Shown: positions 31,458 to 40,833, counted from the first letter of the stretch. The stretch is 64,000 nt of DNA from an uncultured Flavobacteriaceae bacterium (GCA_947502495.1 CANNAC010000001.1:618906-682905); one strand, 5' to 3'. The notes: generated by a model not told the origin, from the letters alone. Translations and numbers: made by a program.

Positions 31458-31465
31458 TACTTTTG
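31458..31465 (+). promoter_or_regulatory. Housekeeping -7 promoter element
   Basis: TACTTTTG just upstream of ATG 31479. Confidence 0.55.
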
Positions 31466-31478
31466 CAAAAATATTTTT

Positions 31479-32705
31479 ATGCAGTTTACAAGATCTTTTT
31501 CTACCACAAATACCAGTCAGCGTATTGCCGTTAAATTAAATGCTAATGGAGAGAGATCTGTAATGCAAGCACATCCTTGGGTTTTTTCAGATAGTATTAT
31601 AAAAACGAATAAAGATCCACAAACAGGAGATTTAGCCATTATTTTTGGGAAGAATAAAAACAAAATTATTGGCTTTGGTTTATTTGATTTAGCGTCACCT
31701 ATTCGAATTAAAATGATTCATCATGGCGATCCAATTGCTATTGATGCTACTTTTTTTAACCATAAAATAGCGGAAGCTTTTAGTAAAAGGTCTTCATTAT
31801 TAAAAACAAACACCAATAGTTATAGACTGCTTTTTGGCGAAAATGATGGTTTCCCAGGTTTGATTGCCGATGTATATGATACTGTTTTGGTGGTAAAAGT
31901 ATATTCAGAAATTTGGCTAAATGATTTACAAAGTATTTTAGAAGCACTTATAAAAATGAGTAATTGTAAAACAGTTGTTTTACGACTAAGCAGAAGCCTA
32001 GAGCAAAGTAAAGCACATGATTTAAAAGATGGAGAAGTTGTTTATGGCGTTTTAGAAAATGAAGTAGTACAGTTTGTAGAACATGGTGTGCAATTTTCTG
32101 CCAATGTTATTCACGGACATAAAACGGGATATTTTTTAGATCATAGATTAAACCGAAAGCAAGTAGGAGCATGGAGTCGTGGTAAAACGGTTTTAGATGT
32201 CTTTAGTTATGCTGGCGGATTTTCGGTACATGCTTTAGCGAATCAAGCAAAAGAGGTTACCAGTTTAGATATTAGTAAACAAGCGCTAGAAATGGCAGTT
32301 GCTAATGGAAAATTAAACACTTATTCTGGAACACATAAAACCATTGCAGGAGATGCTTTTGTTGCAATGAAACAATTAATAAAAGAGAACACCACTTTTG
32401 ATGTGGTAGTTATAGATCCACCAAGTTTTGCAAAACAACAAAGCGAAATAGATTTAGCCAAGAAAAAATACGCACAACTAGCTAGTTTAGGCTTACAGTT
32501 AACTGCAGAAAATGGCTTGTTGGTTTTGGCTTCTTGTTCTAGTAGAATTCTAGCACAGACTTTTTTCGATATCAATGCACAAGTTTTAAGAGATTCGAAC
32601 AGAAATTATAAAGTGATTTTAAAAACAGAGCACGATACAGACCATCCAATCGGATTTCCAGAAGGTGCCTATTTAAAATGTGGTTATTATAGATTAGAAA
32701 AATAA
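31479..32705 (+). CDS. Class I SAM-dependent rRNA methyltransferase (RlmI/RlmK-like)
   Basis: PUA-like N-terminus with HPWVF; GENDGFPGL, KTGYFLDHR, LDVFSYAGGF, DPPSF. Confidence 0.88.
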   Translation: MQFTRSFSTTNTSQRIAVKLNANGERSVMQAHPWVFSDSIIKTNKDPQTGDLAIIFGKNKNKIIGFGLFDLASPIRIKMIHHGDPIAIDATFFNHKIAEAFSKRSSLLKTNTNSYRLLFGENDGFPGLIADVYDTVLVVKVYSEIWLNDLQSILEALIKMSNCKTVVLRLSRSLEQSKAHDLKDGEVVYGVLENEVVQFVEHGVQFSANVIHGHKTGYFLDHRLNRKQVGAWSRGKTVLDVFSYAGGFSVHALANQAKEVTSLDISKQALEMAVANGKLNTYSGTHKTIAGDAFVAMKQLIKENTTFDVVVIDPPSFAKQQSEIDLAKKKYAQLASLGLQLTAENGLLVLASCSSRILAQTFFDINAQVLRDSNRNYKVILKTEHDTDHPIGFPEGAYLKCGYYRLEK

Positions 32706-32745
32706 CTTTGTTACGAAAATGAAAAGTATTTAATTATTATAAGTT

Positions 32746-33255
32746 TTGTATATGGCAGATCCAGATAGTATATCCAATATTTTTGATTTTAAATCCAAAG
32801 AAGATACCAATAATTGGTATGTTATTAATGATGGTGTCATGGGAGGACTTTCTTCAAATTCCTTAGAAATTATGGCGGATGGAAAAGCACTATTTAAAGG
32901 TTCTGTAACTACAGAAAATAATGGTGGTTTTGCTTCCGTTCGATATGCTTTTTCTAAAAAAGAGGTTTCCAAGTTTACCCATATAGTACTGCGAATTAAA
33001 GGAGATGGTAAAGACTATCAATTCCGAATTAAAGAAGAACAACAGCAACGTCATTCTTATATTACTCCTTTTTCTACTTTAGGAAAGTGGGAAATCATTA
33101 AAATTTCGTTTTCCAAATTTTATCCCAGTTTTAGAGGAAACACATTAGACATTCCAAATTTTTCAGGAAAGTACATAGAAGAAATTGCATTTCTAATTGC
33201 TAATAAAACAAAAGAATCTTTTCAACTAGAAATAGAGTCTATTTTACTGGAATAA
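32746..33255 (+). CDS. CIA30 family protein
   Basis: WYVINDGVMGGLS, ENNGGFASVR, GDGKDYQF, FRG motifs. Confidence 0.9.
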   Translation: MYMADPDSISNIFDFKSKEDTNNWYVINDGVMGGLSSNSLEIMADGKALFKGSVTTENNGGFASVRYAFSKKEVSKFTHIVLRIKGDGKDYQFRIKEEQQQRHSYITPFSTLGKWEIIKISFSKFYPSFRGNTLDIPNFSGKYIEEIAFLIANKTKESFQLEIESILLE

Positions 33256-33523
33256 AAAAAATAAATGGGCAGAAATAACGAAAAATCTACACAAATATAA
33301 ATTCATGCTTTTTTCTTTTTGTTTGCTTTATAGTCTAAAATTGGATACAAGAAACGGAGTGTAATGGCCTAGTTTAAACCGAATACTCGGAATTTGGTGT
33401 TCCTTTCATCGTGTTTTTTTGAATAAAATTCCTGTTCATCGTGTATTTTTATAGTTCATAAGATTTTTTGTGCGCTATTGTGCTGAATATTATAGTTTTA
33501 ACCTCTTGAAACTATCAAATATT

Positions 33524-34156
33524 ATGAAAAGCTTAGTTACTATTTTTTGTTGTACCCTTTTTTTCGGAGCATGTCAAACGTTACATGCACAAGATTCTGC
33601 AGATAATTCTATAGCACTTACAATTAACATTCAAAAAGATTTCACGGATACGAATTCCGAAATAAAGGAATTTAGTAAAAATACAGATAGTGTTCCCGAT
33701 TTTAGGTTAAAAGAACAAAAAATTAAGATTGTTGGAACCATTTTTCAAGCCGATGGAATAACGCCTGCCAATAATATAACACTTTCTATATCGCAACCAG
33801 ATGAAGATGGTTATTATAGTATTCAAAAAGAGAAGGACAAACGTCATATATATCATAGCGCTTCTATAACAACGGATGTGGATGGTACGTATACTTTTTA
33901 CACTTTTATCCCTGGAACGGTACATAGAAGTGGCCATGTAAAGTCCATTCGTCCTGTTATAAAAGAAGAAGGGAAGGAAGCATATGAGCTAAACGCTTTT
34001 TATTTTGATAATGATCCTTTGCTAACTAAATATCGTATTAAACGATTAACTAAAAAAGGGCTAGATAAAAGTATTTTGAAATTAGAAAAAAAAGAAAATA
34101 TGTTTGTTGCAAATAAAGATATTATTCTTGGTAAAGATCTTCTAGACTGCAAATAA
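33524..34156 (+). CDS. Secreted intradiol dioxygenase-like protein, apparently degenerate
   Basis: GTIFQADGITP, QPDEDGYY, TDVDGTYTFYT..PG; iron-binding HIH motif not evident; ATG 33524 preferred. Confidence 0.65.
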   Translation: MKSLVTIFCCTLFFGACQTLHAQDSADNSIALTINIQKDFTDTNSEIKEFSKNTDSVPDFRLKEQKIKIVGTIFQADGITPANNITLSISQPDEDGYYSIQKEKDKRHIYHSASITTDVDGTYTFYTFIPGTVHRSGHVKSIRPVIKEEGKEAYELNAFYFDNDPLLTKYRIKRLTKKGLDKSILKLEKKENMFVANKDIILGKDLLDCK

Positions 34157-34183
34157 AAATAGGACTTTAAAACCTTATTATAT

Positions 34184-34216
34184 AAAACATCTTGAAACAA
34201 ACACAAGATGTTTTTT
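34184..34216 (+). terminator. Intrinsic terminator
   Basis: AAAACATCTTG/CAAGATGTTTT stem. Confidence 0.7.
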
Positions 34217-34367
34217 GCTTTAGTATCCTTTTTCTGGAGCTAAATATCCTAAAAAGTTAAATTTTGTTTTTTATCTAAATAATATTAAAACAGGCAGTAG
34301 AAAGAATATTCAGATAATATTCGTTTTATTTGTGTACAATTAATAGTAAAATAGATTAGAACCCATT

Positions 34368-35486
34368 ATGGCATCATTTTCAGAATTAGGTATTCATAAA
34401 AACTACGTGAAATCCTTAAAAGAATTAGGGATTAAAGCACCTACGGAAATTCAGGAACAAGCAATTCCTATTTTAATACAATCTAAAACAGATTTAGTAG
34501 GATTAGCCCAAACAGGTACAGGGAAAACTGCTGCCTATGGTTTGCCTGTTTTACATCGAATTAATCCTAAAAAACCAGAAATTCAAGCCTTAATTTTAGC
34601 ACCTACAAGAGAACTTGTACAACAAATTAAGAAACAACTCTTTAAATTTACCAAGTATAATGATGCTAAAATATTTTGCGAAGGTGTTTATGGAGGAGAG
34701 AAAATAGATATCCAAATTAAAAATTTAAAACGTACAACGCATATTATTGTTGCCACTCCGGGACGTTTGGTAGATTTAATAAATCGCGAAATTCTAGATT
34801 TAAAAAATGTAGAAACTTTAGTTTTAGACGAAGCAGATGAAATGCTAAGCATGGGTTTTAAAGAGGATTTAACAACCATTTTAAAAACGACTAAAAGCTC
34901 TAAAAACACCTGGTTATTTTCTGCAACAATGCCAGAATCTTTAAAAGATATTGTAAAACGTTATATTAAACCAGATGCTGTTCGACTGGAAATAGACAGA
35001 AACAGTTTGGTTAACGCTAATATTTCTCACTTTTTTGTAGAAACAACCATACAAAATAAAATAAACGTGTTAGTAACGCTATTAGAAGAGCGCGATGAAG
35101 AAAGAGGTATCATTTTCTGCAAAACAAAAGCTGGTACACAAGCTTTAACACATCAATTACAACAAGAAGGTTTTAGTGTTGGTGCTTTAGAAGGTGATAT
35201 GCAACAAAGAGAACGTGAAAAAGTAATGCGTGCTTTTAAAAACACAAGTGTTCAAATACTAATCTCTACAGATGTATCTGCAAGAGGAATAGATGTAAAT
35301 AATCTAGGTTATATTATTCATTATCAATTACCAGAACATCTAGAATATTATACACACAGATCTGGTAGAACAGCAAGAGCTGGAAAAACAGGAGAATCTA
35401 TTGCTTTGGTGTTATCTAACGAAGTTTCAAGAGTACATGAAATTGAAAAAGCACTAGGTATTAAAATGAAACAAAAAACAGTGTAA
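34368..35486 (+). CDS. DEAD-box RNA helicase (core only)
   Basis: Q motif, AQTGTGKT, PTREL, TPGRL, DEAD, SAT, ARGID, HRSGRTAR. Confidence 0.95.
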   Translation: MASFSELGIHKNYVKSLKELGIKAPTEIQEQAIPILIQSKTDLVGLAQTGTGKTAAYGLPVLHRINPKKPEIQALILAPTRELVQQIKKQLFKFTKYNDAKIFCEGVYGGEKIDIQIKNLKRTTHIIVATPGRLVDLINREILDLKNVETLVLDEADEMLSMGFKEDLTTILKTTKSSKNTWLFSATMPESLKDIVKRYIKPDAVRLEIDRNSLVNANISHFFVETTIQNKINVLVTLLEERDEERGIIFCKTKAGTQALTHQLQQEGFSVGALEGDMQQREREKVMRAFKNTSVQILISTDVSARGIDVNNLGYIIHYQLPEHLEYYTHRSGRTARAGKTGESIALVLSNEVSRVHEIEKALGIKMKQKTV

Positions 35487-35523
35487 ATAATTTCTAGTCA
35501 TTAGAAGTATTTAAAGTACGTAT

Positions 35524-36102
35524 TTGGAAGAACAAGATTTTATAGATGATTTAAGAGCAGGAAAGCAATTTGCCTATGGAAAGCTATTGGATTTATTTCA
35601 GCAAAAAGTATTCGCTACTTGCATCTCCTTTGTTCCAAATAAAGAGGATGCCGAAGATATTGCACAAGACGTTTTTGTAGAAGTTTTTAATTCGATACAT
35701 AAGTTTAAAGGAAACTCTAAATTATCTACTTGGATTTATAGAATCACTACCAATAAGTGTCTGGAATTTATTCGGAAAAAGAATACGAAAAAGCGTTTTG
35801 CGTTTTTACAATCGTTAACCGGAAATGATATTGCATTAGATAAAACAAATTACTTTACAGAGATAAATCATCCAGGAATTGTCTTAGAACAGAAAGAAAC
35901 TAGTGACACCTTATTTCTTGCAATTAATAAACTACCAGAAGCACAACGAATAGTATTTACATTAAATAAAATAGACGATAAAAGCTATAAGGAAATTAGC
36001 GAAATTACGGATAAAAGTATCAGTTCTATTGAGTCTTTATTGTTTAGAGCAAAGAAGAATTTACAAATCTCATTAGAACATTTTTATAAAAATGAAAAGT
36101 AA
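35524..36102 (+). CDS. ECF sigma-70 factor
   Basis: DAEDIAQDVF, STWIYRITTN (region 2); LPEAQR..FTL, SYKEISE, SLLFRAKK (region 4); TTG start. Confidence 0.93.
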   Translation: MEEQDFIDDLRAGKQFAYGKLLDLFQQKVFATCISFVPNKEDAEDIAQDVFVEVFNSIHKFKGNSKLSTWIYRITTNKCLEFIRKKNTKKRFAFLQSLTGNDIALDKTNYFTEINHPGIVLEQKETSDTLFLAINKLPEAQRIVFTLNKIDDKSYKEISEITDKSISSIESLLFRAKKNLQISLEHFYKNEK

Positions 36103-36133
36103 GCGCAAGTTTTTACAAATTTATGCATCTTAA
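36103..36133 (+). promoter_or_regulatory. Candidate ECF promoter P1
   Basis: GCGCAAGT-N15-CATCTTAA; CAAGT 36106-36110, CATCT 36126-36130. Confidence 0.7.
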
Positions 36134-36138
36134 TATAT

Positions 36139-36450
36139 ATGGAATCAAATAAAAACATACAAGAAAAAATAGATAACGCGTTTAAAGCTGCCGAAGCTAT
36201 AGAGCCAGTATCTGTATCTCCTTTTTTTAAAGATAAAACCATGCAACGAATGTTCTCTGTAAAAGAAGAAGAAAAAGTTGCTTGGTCTTGGTTCTCACCA
36301 AAATTACAGCTTGCTACTTTGGCTTGTGTGATTGTCATAAATGTAATAGCATTTACGCAAGTAAATAAAACAAGTTATGATGAGAATATTAATCAATTTG
36401 CAGAATCGTACGGTTTAAAGACTAGCGACTCTAACTCTTTATTAAATTAA
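36139..36450 (+). CDS. Putative anti-sigma factor (single TM)
   Basis: Directly downstream of the ECF sigma; short cytoplasmic N-terminus, VSPFFKDK, one TM. Confidence 0.6.
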   Translation: MESNKNIQEKIDNAFKAAEAIEPVSVSPFFKDKTMQRMFSVKEEEKVAWSWFSPKLQLATLACVIVINVIAFTQVNKTSYDENINQFAESYGLKTSDSNSLLN

Positions 36451-36983
36451 TGAATATGAAAAAAAATACCGTTTTATATATTTTACTTGTCTTTTTAGTC
36501 CTTTTTAATGGTTTTTTTCTTTTTAACTTTTTAGGAGAAATAAGTTCCGATAAAGGGAACGAAACGAAAGACCCAATGCGCTTTGTAAGGCAGCAATTAA
36601 ATTTGAGTGCATCGCAAATAGAAACTTTTGAAATTATAAACAAAGAACATCATCAAAAAATGAGGGGTTTTAATGATGATTTAAGAGGCTTAAAAGACGC
36701 GTTGTTTAATAATATTTCTGAAAATTCTTTAGATGAAGAAAGTGTCGACTCTATTGTAACCTTAATTGGTGAAAAGCAAAAGGTAAAAGAAATGGAAATT
36801 TATGATCACTTTAAAAGTATTCAAGAACTTTGTGATGCAAAACAAAAAGAAAAATTCAAGAAGATATTAAAAGATGCTATTCGTAGAGGTGATGGAAATA
36901 GACCTCCGCATCCAGAAGGTCAAAAAGGTCAAAAAGGTCGAGAAGGAAATGGGCATAGACCGCCTCCACCAAACGATTTTTAA
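36450..36983 (+). CDS. Spy/CpxP/ZraP-like periplasmic heavy-metal-sensor protein
   Basis: N-terminal TM, QLNLSASQ (LTxxQ-like), helical body, Pro/Gly-rich tail. Confidence 0.75.
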   Translation: MNMKKNTVLYILLVFLVLFNGFFLFNFLGEISSDKGNETKDPMRFVRQQLNLSASQIETFEIINKEHHQKMRGFNDDLRGLKDALFNNISENSLDEESVDSIVTLIGEKQKVKEMEIYDHFKSIQELCDAKQKEKFKKILKDAIRRGDGNRPPHPEGQKGQKGREGNGHRPPPPNDF

Positions 36984-36999
36984 TACCTAAATAATAAGT

Positions 37000-37032
37000 A
37001 AAAGACTCTTCCATAGGAAGGGTCTTTTTTTT
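37000..37032 (+). terminator. Intrinsic terminator
   Basis: AAAAGACTCTTCC/GGAAGGGTCTTTT stem (one G-U) plus T run. Confidence 0.8.
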
Positions 37033-37054
37033 GGCTTTTATTTAACAATAACCC

Positions 37055-37085
37055 GCACAAGTAATTTCAATTAATACCATCTAAA
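37055..37085 (+). promoter_or_regulatory. Candidate ECF promoter P2
   Basis: GCACAAGT-N15-CATCTAAA; CAAGT 37058-37062, CATCT 37078-37082. Confidence 0.7.
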
Positions 37086-37113
37086 AGTACATAACAAATA
37101 AAATATTACAATT

Positions 37114-37398
37114 ATGAAAAGTAGCACATTTAAAACAATAGTATTGGTTTTCGGACTAACAGTATGTATGTCAAATTCTAGTTTTGCACAATCGCAAGAC
37201 AGACAACAAAAGACACCTCCAACCTTTAGTGAGTTAGTAAAAGAAATGGATGCCAATGAGGATGGGAAACTTTCAGAAGATGAACTTAAAGGACCTTTAA
37301 AAGATAATTTCGATAAAATAGATACCGATGAAGATGGGTTTATTACAGAAGAAGAATTTGACAAAGCACCAAAACCAAAAGGTAGAGGAAAGAGCTAA
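37114..37398 (+). CDS. Secreted two-EF-hand protein
   Basis: Signal ending SFA-Q; loops DANEDGKLSEDE and DTDEDGFITEEE. Confidence 0.9.
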   Translation: MKSSTFKTIVLVFGLTVCMSNSSFAQSQDRQQKTPPTFSELVKEMDANEDGKLSEDELKGPLKDNFDKIDTDEDGFITEEEFDKAPKPKGRGKS

Positions 37399-37446
37399 AA
37401 AAAGTAGAAGATAGTTTTTTTGAGTGATTAGTAAATTGTTATTAAG

Positions 37447-37474
37447 GCTTCGTAAGTAATTACGAAGCTTTTTT
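37447..37474 (+). terminator. Intrinsic terminator
   Basis: GCTTCGTAA/TTACGAAGC stem plus T run. Confidence 0.75.
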
Positions 37475-37518
37475 AAAACTACAAAATGTAATAAATAATA
37501 GAATTAAAGAAAACAATA

Positions 37519-38235
37519 ATGAAACAAATAAAAAGAGGTATCCATTTTCTTTTTGTGTCTTTAACATGTAGCACTTCCTTACTAACTTTCCATGCTTGTA
37601 CTAGCGATGACGTTATTACAACAACAGTAGAAGAAGTAGACGACACCGATTTTGAACCAACAGATTGGACTACAATAACACATAGTAGTGATGTAGACCC
37701 CAATATGGAAGAGGTTTTTGATGACAACACCGTAAAAAAACTAGAAATTGTTATTACAGAAGCGCGTTGGCAAAGTATGCTAGAGGATATGACAGAAACC
37801 TATGGAGCATTTGGAGCAGGCGCAGCTACCAGAACAATGAATACCAAAGAAGGTTCGATTTTTGTTCCTGCTGGAGTATTCTATAAAGGACTAGAATGGT
37901 ACCGAGTTGGTGTGTCTTTTAAAGGGGATTCTAGTTTACAAAGTAGTTGGCAAAATGGGATTTTAAAACTATCCTTCAAATTAGATTTCGACTTGTTCGA
38001 TAAGGATTACCCACAAATAGAAAACCAACGCTTTTATGGTTTTAAAAAATTAAATCTTAACAATAATTTTGATAACAAATCCATGTTGCGGGAAAATGCA
38101 ATTAGTGATGTCGATAAAGATTCAGGAATGGTACCATCTTATACAGCTTTTTATAAAGTGTATATAAATCATGGAGATGGAACTGAGTATTTTGGTTTAT
38201 ATACTCTGGTGGAAGAAGTGGATGATACCGTTTAA
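37519..38235 (+). pseudogene. CotH-kinase-family lipoprotein, 3'-truncated
   Basis: Lipobox FHA-C; VGVSFKGDSSL, KLSFKLDFD, FYGFKKLNL, YFGLYTLVEEVD; stops immediately after this motif, before the DxD catalytic region. Confidence 0.7.
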
Positions 38236-38268
38236 CATAATTTCTATAGCTTTTCAAACAAATAAACA

Positions 38269-39018
38269 ATGAAGATATTCAGAAAAATAAGAAGAACTTT
38301 AATTGCTTCGGGTAAAACTAAAAGTTATATCATCTATGCTTTTGGAGAGATTCTATTAATTGTTATTGGGATATTAATTGCTTGGAAGATTAATAGTATA
38401 AATGAAATCCGAAAAAATAGAATTGTAGAAGTAAAAATATACCAAAGTTTAAATGAAGAGTTAAATACTAATTTAATACTATTAGATTCTTCTATTGTTC
38501 GCTATGCAAGAAATGTACAAACCATTCAAAACACAATAAAAAGTATTCGTTCGCAACCGCAGGAAATTACAGAAGAACTAAAAGAAGGAATTATTAATGT
38601 TAAGTTTCAGTCCACAAAACTGCAAAGTGCATCTATAAACTCGGTAAGTAGTACCAACAAATTTGAATTTATTAAAAGTGACTTACTAAGAGATTTAATT
38701 GCTTCGTACCCAAATGAGTTAAATAATTTTGAAAACCAAGATGCTAAAATCGGAAATATTATTATAAACCGTTTGCAGCCAGTAATAGAATCTCATGTTT
38801 CATTAATTGATATTTTATTAAATCGGGAATCAAAATATAATAAAAATACTTCTTTTTCGGGAACATCCGATTATGTAAAACTATTAAACAATAGAGCATA
38901 CCAAAATGTATTGGTAGACAGGCTAATACAAACAGAAAATCAATTGATAATTGGTAATAACTTAAGAGACAAAACACAAATAATAGCTTATAAGCTGAAT
39001 AAAGAATTAGGTAATTAA
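38269..39018 (+). CDS. DUF6090-like protein
   Basis: MKIFRKIRR..YAFGEILLIVIGILIAWKINSINE N-terminal signature. Confidence 0.8.
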   Translation: MKIFRKIRRTLIASGKTKSYIIYAFGEILLIVIGILIAWKINSINEIRKNRIVEVKIYQSLNEELNTNLILLDSSIVRYARNVQTIQNTIKSIRSQPQEITEELKEGIINVKFQSTKLQSASINSVSSTNKFEFIKSDLLRDLIASYPNELNNFENQDAKIGNIIINRLQPVIESHVSLIDILLNRESKYNKNTSFSGTSDYVKLLNNRAYQNVLVDRLIQTENQLIIGNNLRDKTQIIAYKLNKELGN

Positions 39019-39034
39019 AAATAAGTACTAGAAA

Positions 39035-39065
39035 GCACAAGTTTTTTGATAATAACACATCTAAA
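39035..39065 (+). promoter_or_regulatory. Candidate ECF promoter P3
   Basis: GCACAAGT-N15-CATCTAAA; CAAGT 39038-39042, CATCT 39058-39062. Confidence 0.7.
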
Positions 39066-39091
39066 GATTAAATCAATAATATCATTCCAAT

Positions 39092-39628
39092 ATGAATAAC
39101 AACAACTTAAAAACAACCATAACCATATTTAGCATGTTACTATGTTTTAGCCTTTTTGCGCAAGGACCTCCAGGAGGCGGACAAGGTGGTAGAGGCGGTG
39201 GAAAAGGACAGCAAAGAGAAAAACCAGATGCATCCGAAATTCTAGACAAACTAGATACCAATAGAGATAACCTTATTGATAAAGACGAAGCTGCTGCAGA
39301 TAAACGTGGAAAAATTGCAGAAGATTTTTATGAAATAGATACCAATGATGATGGGTTTATTGATTTAGAAGAACTGAAAGATTCTTTAAACGACAGAAAG
39401 AAACCGAAGAAAATTTCCGCTAAAAAAATAATAGAGGAAGTAGATGATAATGGAGATGAAACCTTAAACGAATTAGAGGTTGCAGCAAAAGGAAAGAAAG
39501 CACTTTTTGAGAATTTTAGAGAAATAGATACGAATGAAGATGGAGAACTGGATCTAGAAGAACTAAAAGTGTTTTTCAAAAAAGATGCGGATGACGATAA
39601 AAAATCAAAGCGTAAAAAAAGAGATTAA
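39092..39628 (+). CDS. Secreted four-EF-hand protein
   Basis: Signal ending LFA-Q; Gly-rich linker; loops DTNRDNLIDKDE, DTNDDGFIDLEE, DDNGDETLNELE, DTNEDGELDLEE. Confidence 0.9.
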   Translation: MNNNNLKTTITIFSMLLCFSLFAQGPPGGGQGGRGGGKGQQREKPDASEILDKLDTNRDNLIDKDEAAADKRGKIAEDFYEIDTNDDGFIDLEELKDSLNDRKKPKKISAKKIIEEVDDNGDETLNELEVAAKGKKALFENFREIDTNEDGELDLEELKVFFKKDADDDKKSKRKKRD

Positions 39629-39637
39629 TTATTCAAA

Positions 39638-40738
39638 ATGGGTAAAATGAGAAATGTATATAAAGCAGTAACCATAGTGTTAATGGGTATATTTGTTGGT
39701 TGCAAAAGCAATTCACATAGTCATGATGGTTCCGAAGCGCATACACATGCTACGGATTCTAAATCTATAAATAATACAGATTATTTTGGGGAGTACGATC
39801 TAGAAGATGCAAGTTATGGTACAAAAACAAAAGTAACTATTAAAGGCGATCAACGTGTAATGGTAACAAATGCATTACCAAATCATAAAACTGGGGAGTT
39901 TCCAAATTCAGGAAACCCTAATACCATTTCGGTACAAAATAAAACCTATAGTTTTCCTGTAAATCCAAAATATAAAGGAAATGCAAAATGGGTAAGAGAG
40001 CCTGGTGTGGCTTTAAATGGAATAAAATTCGAACCAGGAACTGCCGAAGTTGTAGTTTGTGATACCGGCGAAAACTATCGTGTGGAAGCGCTTCAAGATG
40101 TTATTGATCTGGGATTAGATTTTAATCATGCACATGTACAACCAACTGGTGCATACCATTATCATGGTACACCAACTTCTGTTATTGCAGATTTTGATAG
40201 CGGACAAGATTTAGTGCATGTTGGATTTGCGCATGATGGTTTTCCTATGTATTACTCCAAAAGTGGTAAATATAAACCAAGCTACAAACTTTTAGACGGA
40301 GACCGAGAAGGCGAAGATTGTACATACAGTACGCATAAAACTATTGACATTTCTGTAGGTGGACATCATGATGGAACCTATGGTTCCGATTTTGAATATG
40401 TAGAAGATTCAGGTGATTTAGATGCTTGTAACGGAATTACTATAGATGGAAATTATATGTATTTAGTGACTACCGAATTTCCATACATCAGCAGATGTTT
40501 AATGGGCGATTATGAAGAAGCTAGGCCTCAAGGTGCTGAAGGAAGAAGAGCAAATGGAGGAAATGGAGGACGTCCAAATATTTCAGAATTAATTAGTGAA
40601 ATGGATACGAACAAAGATGGAAAACTATCCAAGGAGGAAGTGAAAGGACCGCTAGCCGAGGATTTTTCAAAAATAGATTTGAATAAAGATACGTTTCTTA
40701 CTAAAGCCGAATTGGAAAAAGGACAAAGTAAACGCTAG
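39638..40738 (+). CDS. YHYH-domain lipoprotein with His-rich N-terminus and two C-terminal EF-hands
   Basis: Lipobox FVG-C; SHSHDGSEAHTH; NALPNH, GVALNG, GAYHYHG, GDLDACNG; DTNKDGKLSKEE and DLNKDTFLTKAE. Confidence 0.88.
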   Translation: MGKMRNVYKAVTIVLMGIFVGCKSNSHSHDGSEAHTHATDSKSINNTDYFGEYDLEDASYGTKTKVTIKGDQRVMVTNALPNHKTGEFPNSGNPNTISVQNKTYSFPVNPKYKGNAKWVREPGVALNGIKFEPGTAEVVVCDTGENYRVEALQDVIDLGLDFNHAHVQPTGAYHYHGTPTSVIADFDSGQDLVHVGFAHDGFPMYYSKSGKYKPSYKLLDGDREGEDCTYSTHKTIDISVGGHHDGTYGSDFEYVEDSGDLDACNGITIDGNYMYLVTTEFPYISRCLMGDYEEARPQGAEGRRANGGNGGRPNISELISEMDTNKDGKLSKEEVKGPLAEDFSKIDLNKDTFLTKAELEKGQSKR

Positions 40739-40802
40739 AAAAGGCTTTTAGGCGCAAAAAAAGAGGAAAAGCAAAAAGTCTCAAAAATTATTTTAAAAAA
40801 TA

Positions 40803-40833
40803 ACGCAAGTTAATTTCACTAAAGACATCTAAA
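40803..40833 (+). promoter_or_regulatory. Candidate ECF promoter P4
   Basis: ACGCAAGT-N15-CATCTAAA; CAAGT 40806-40810, CATCT 40826-40830. Confidence 0.7.
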
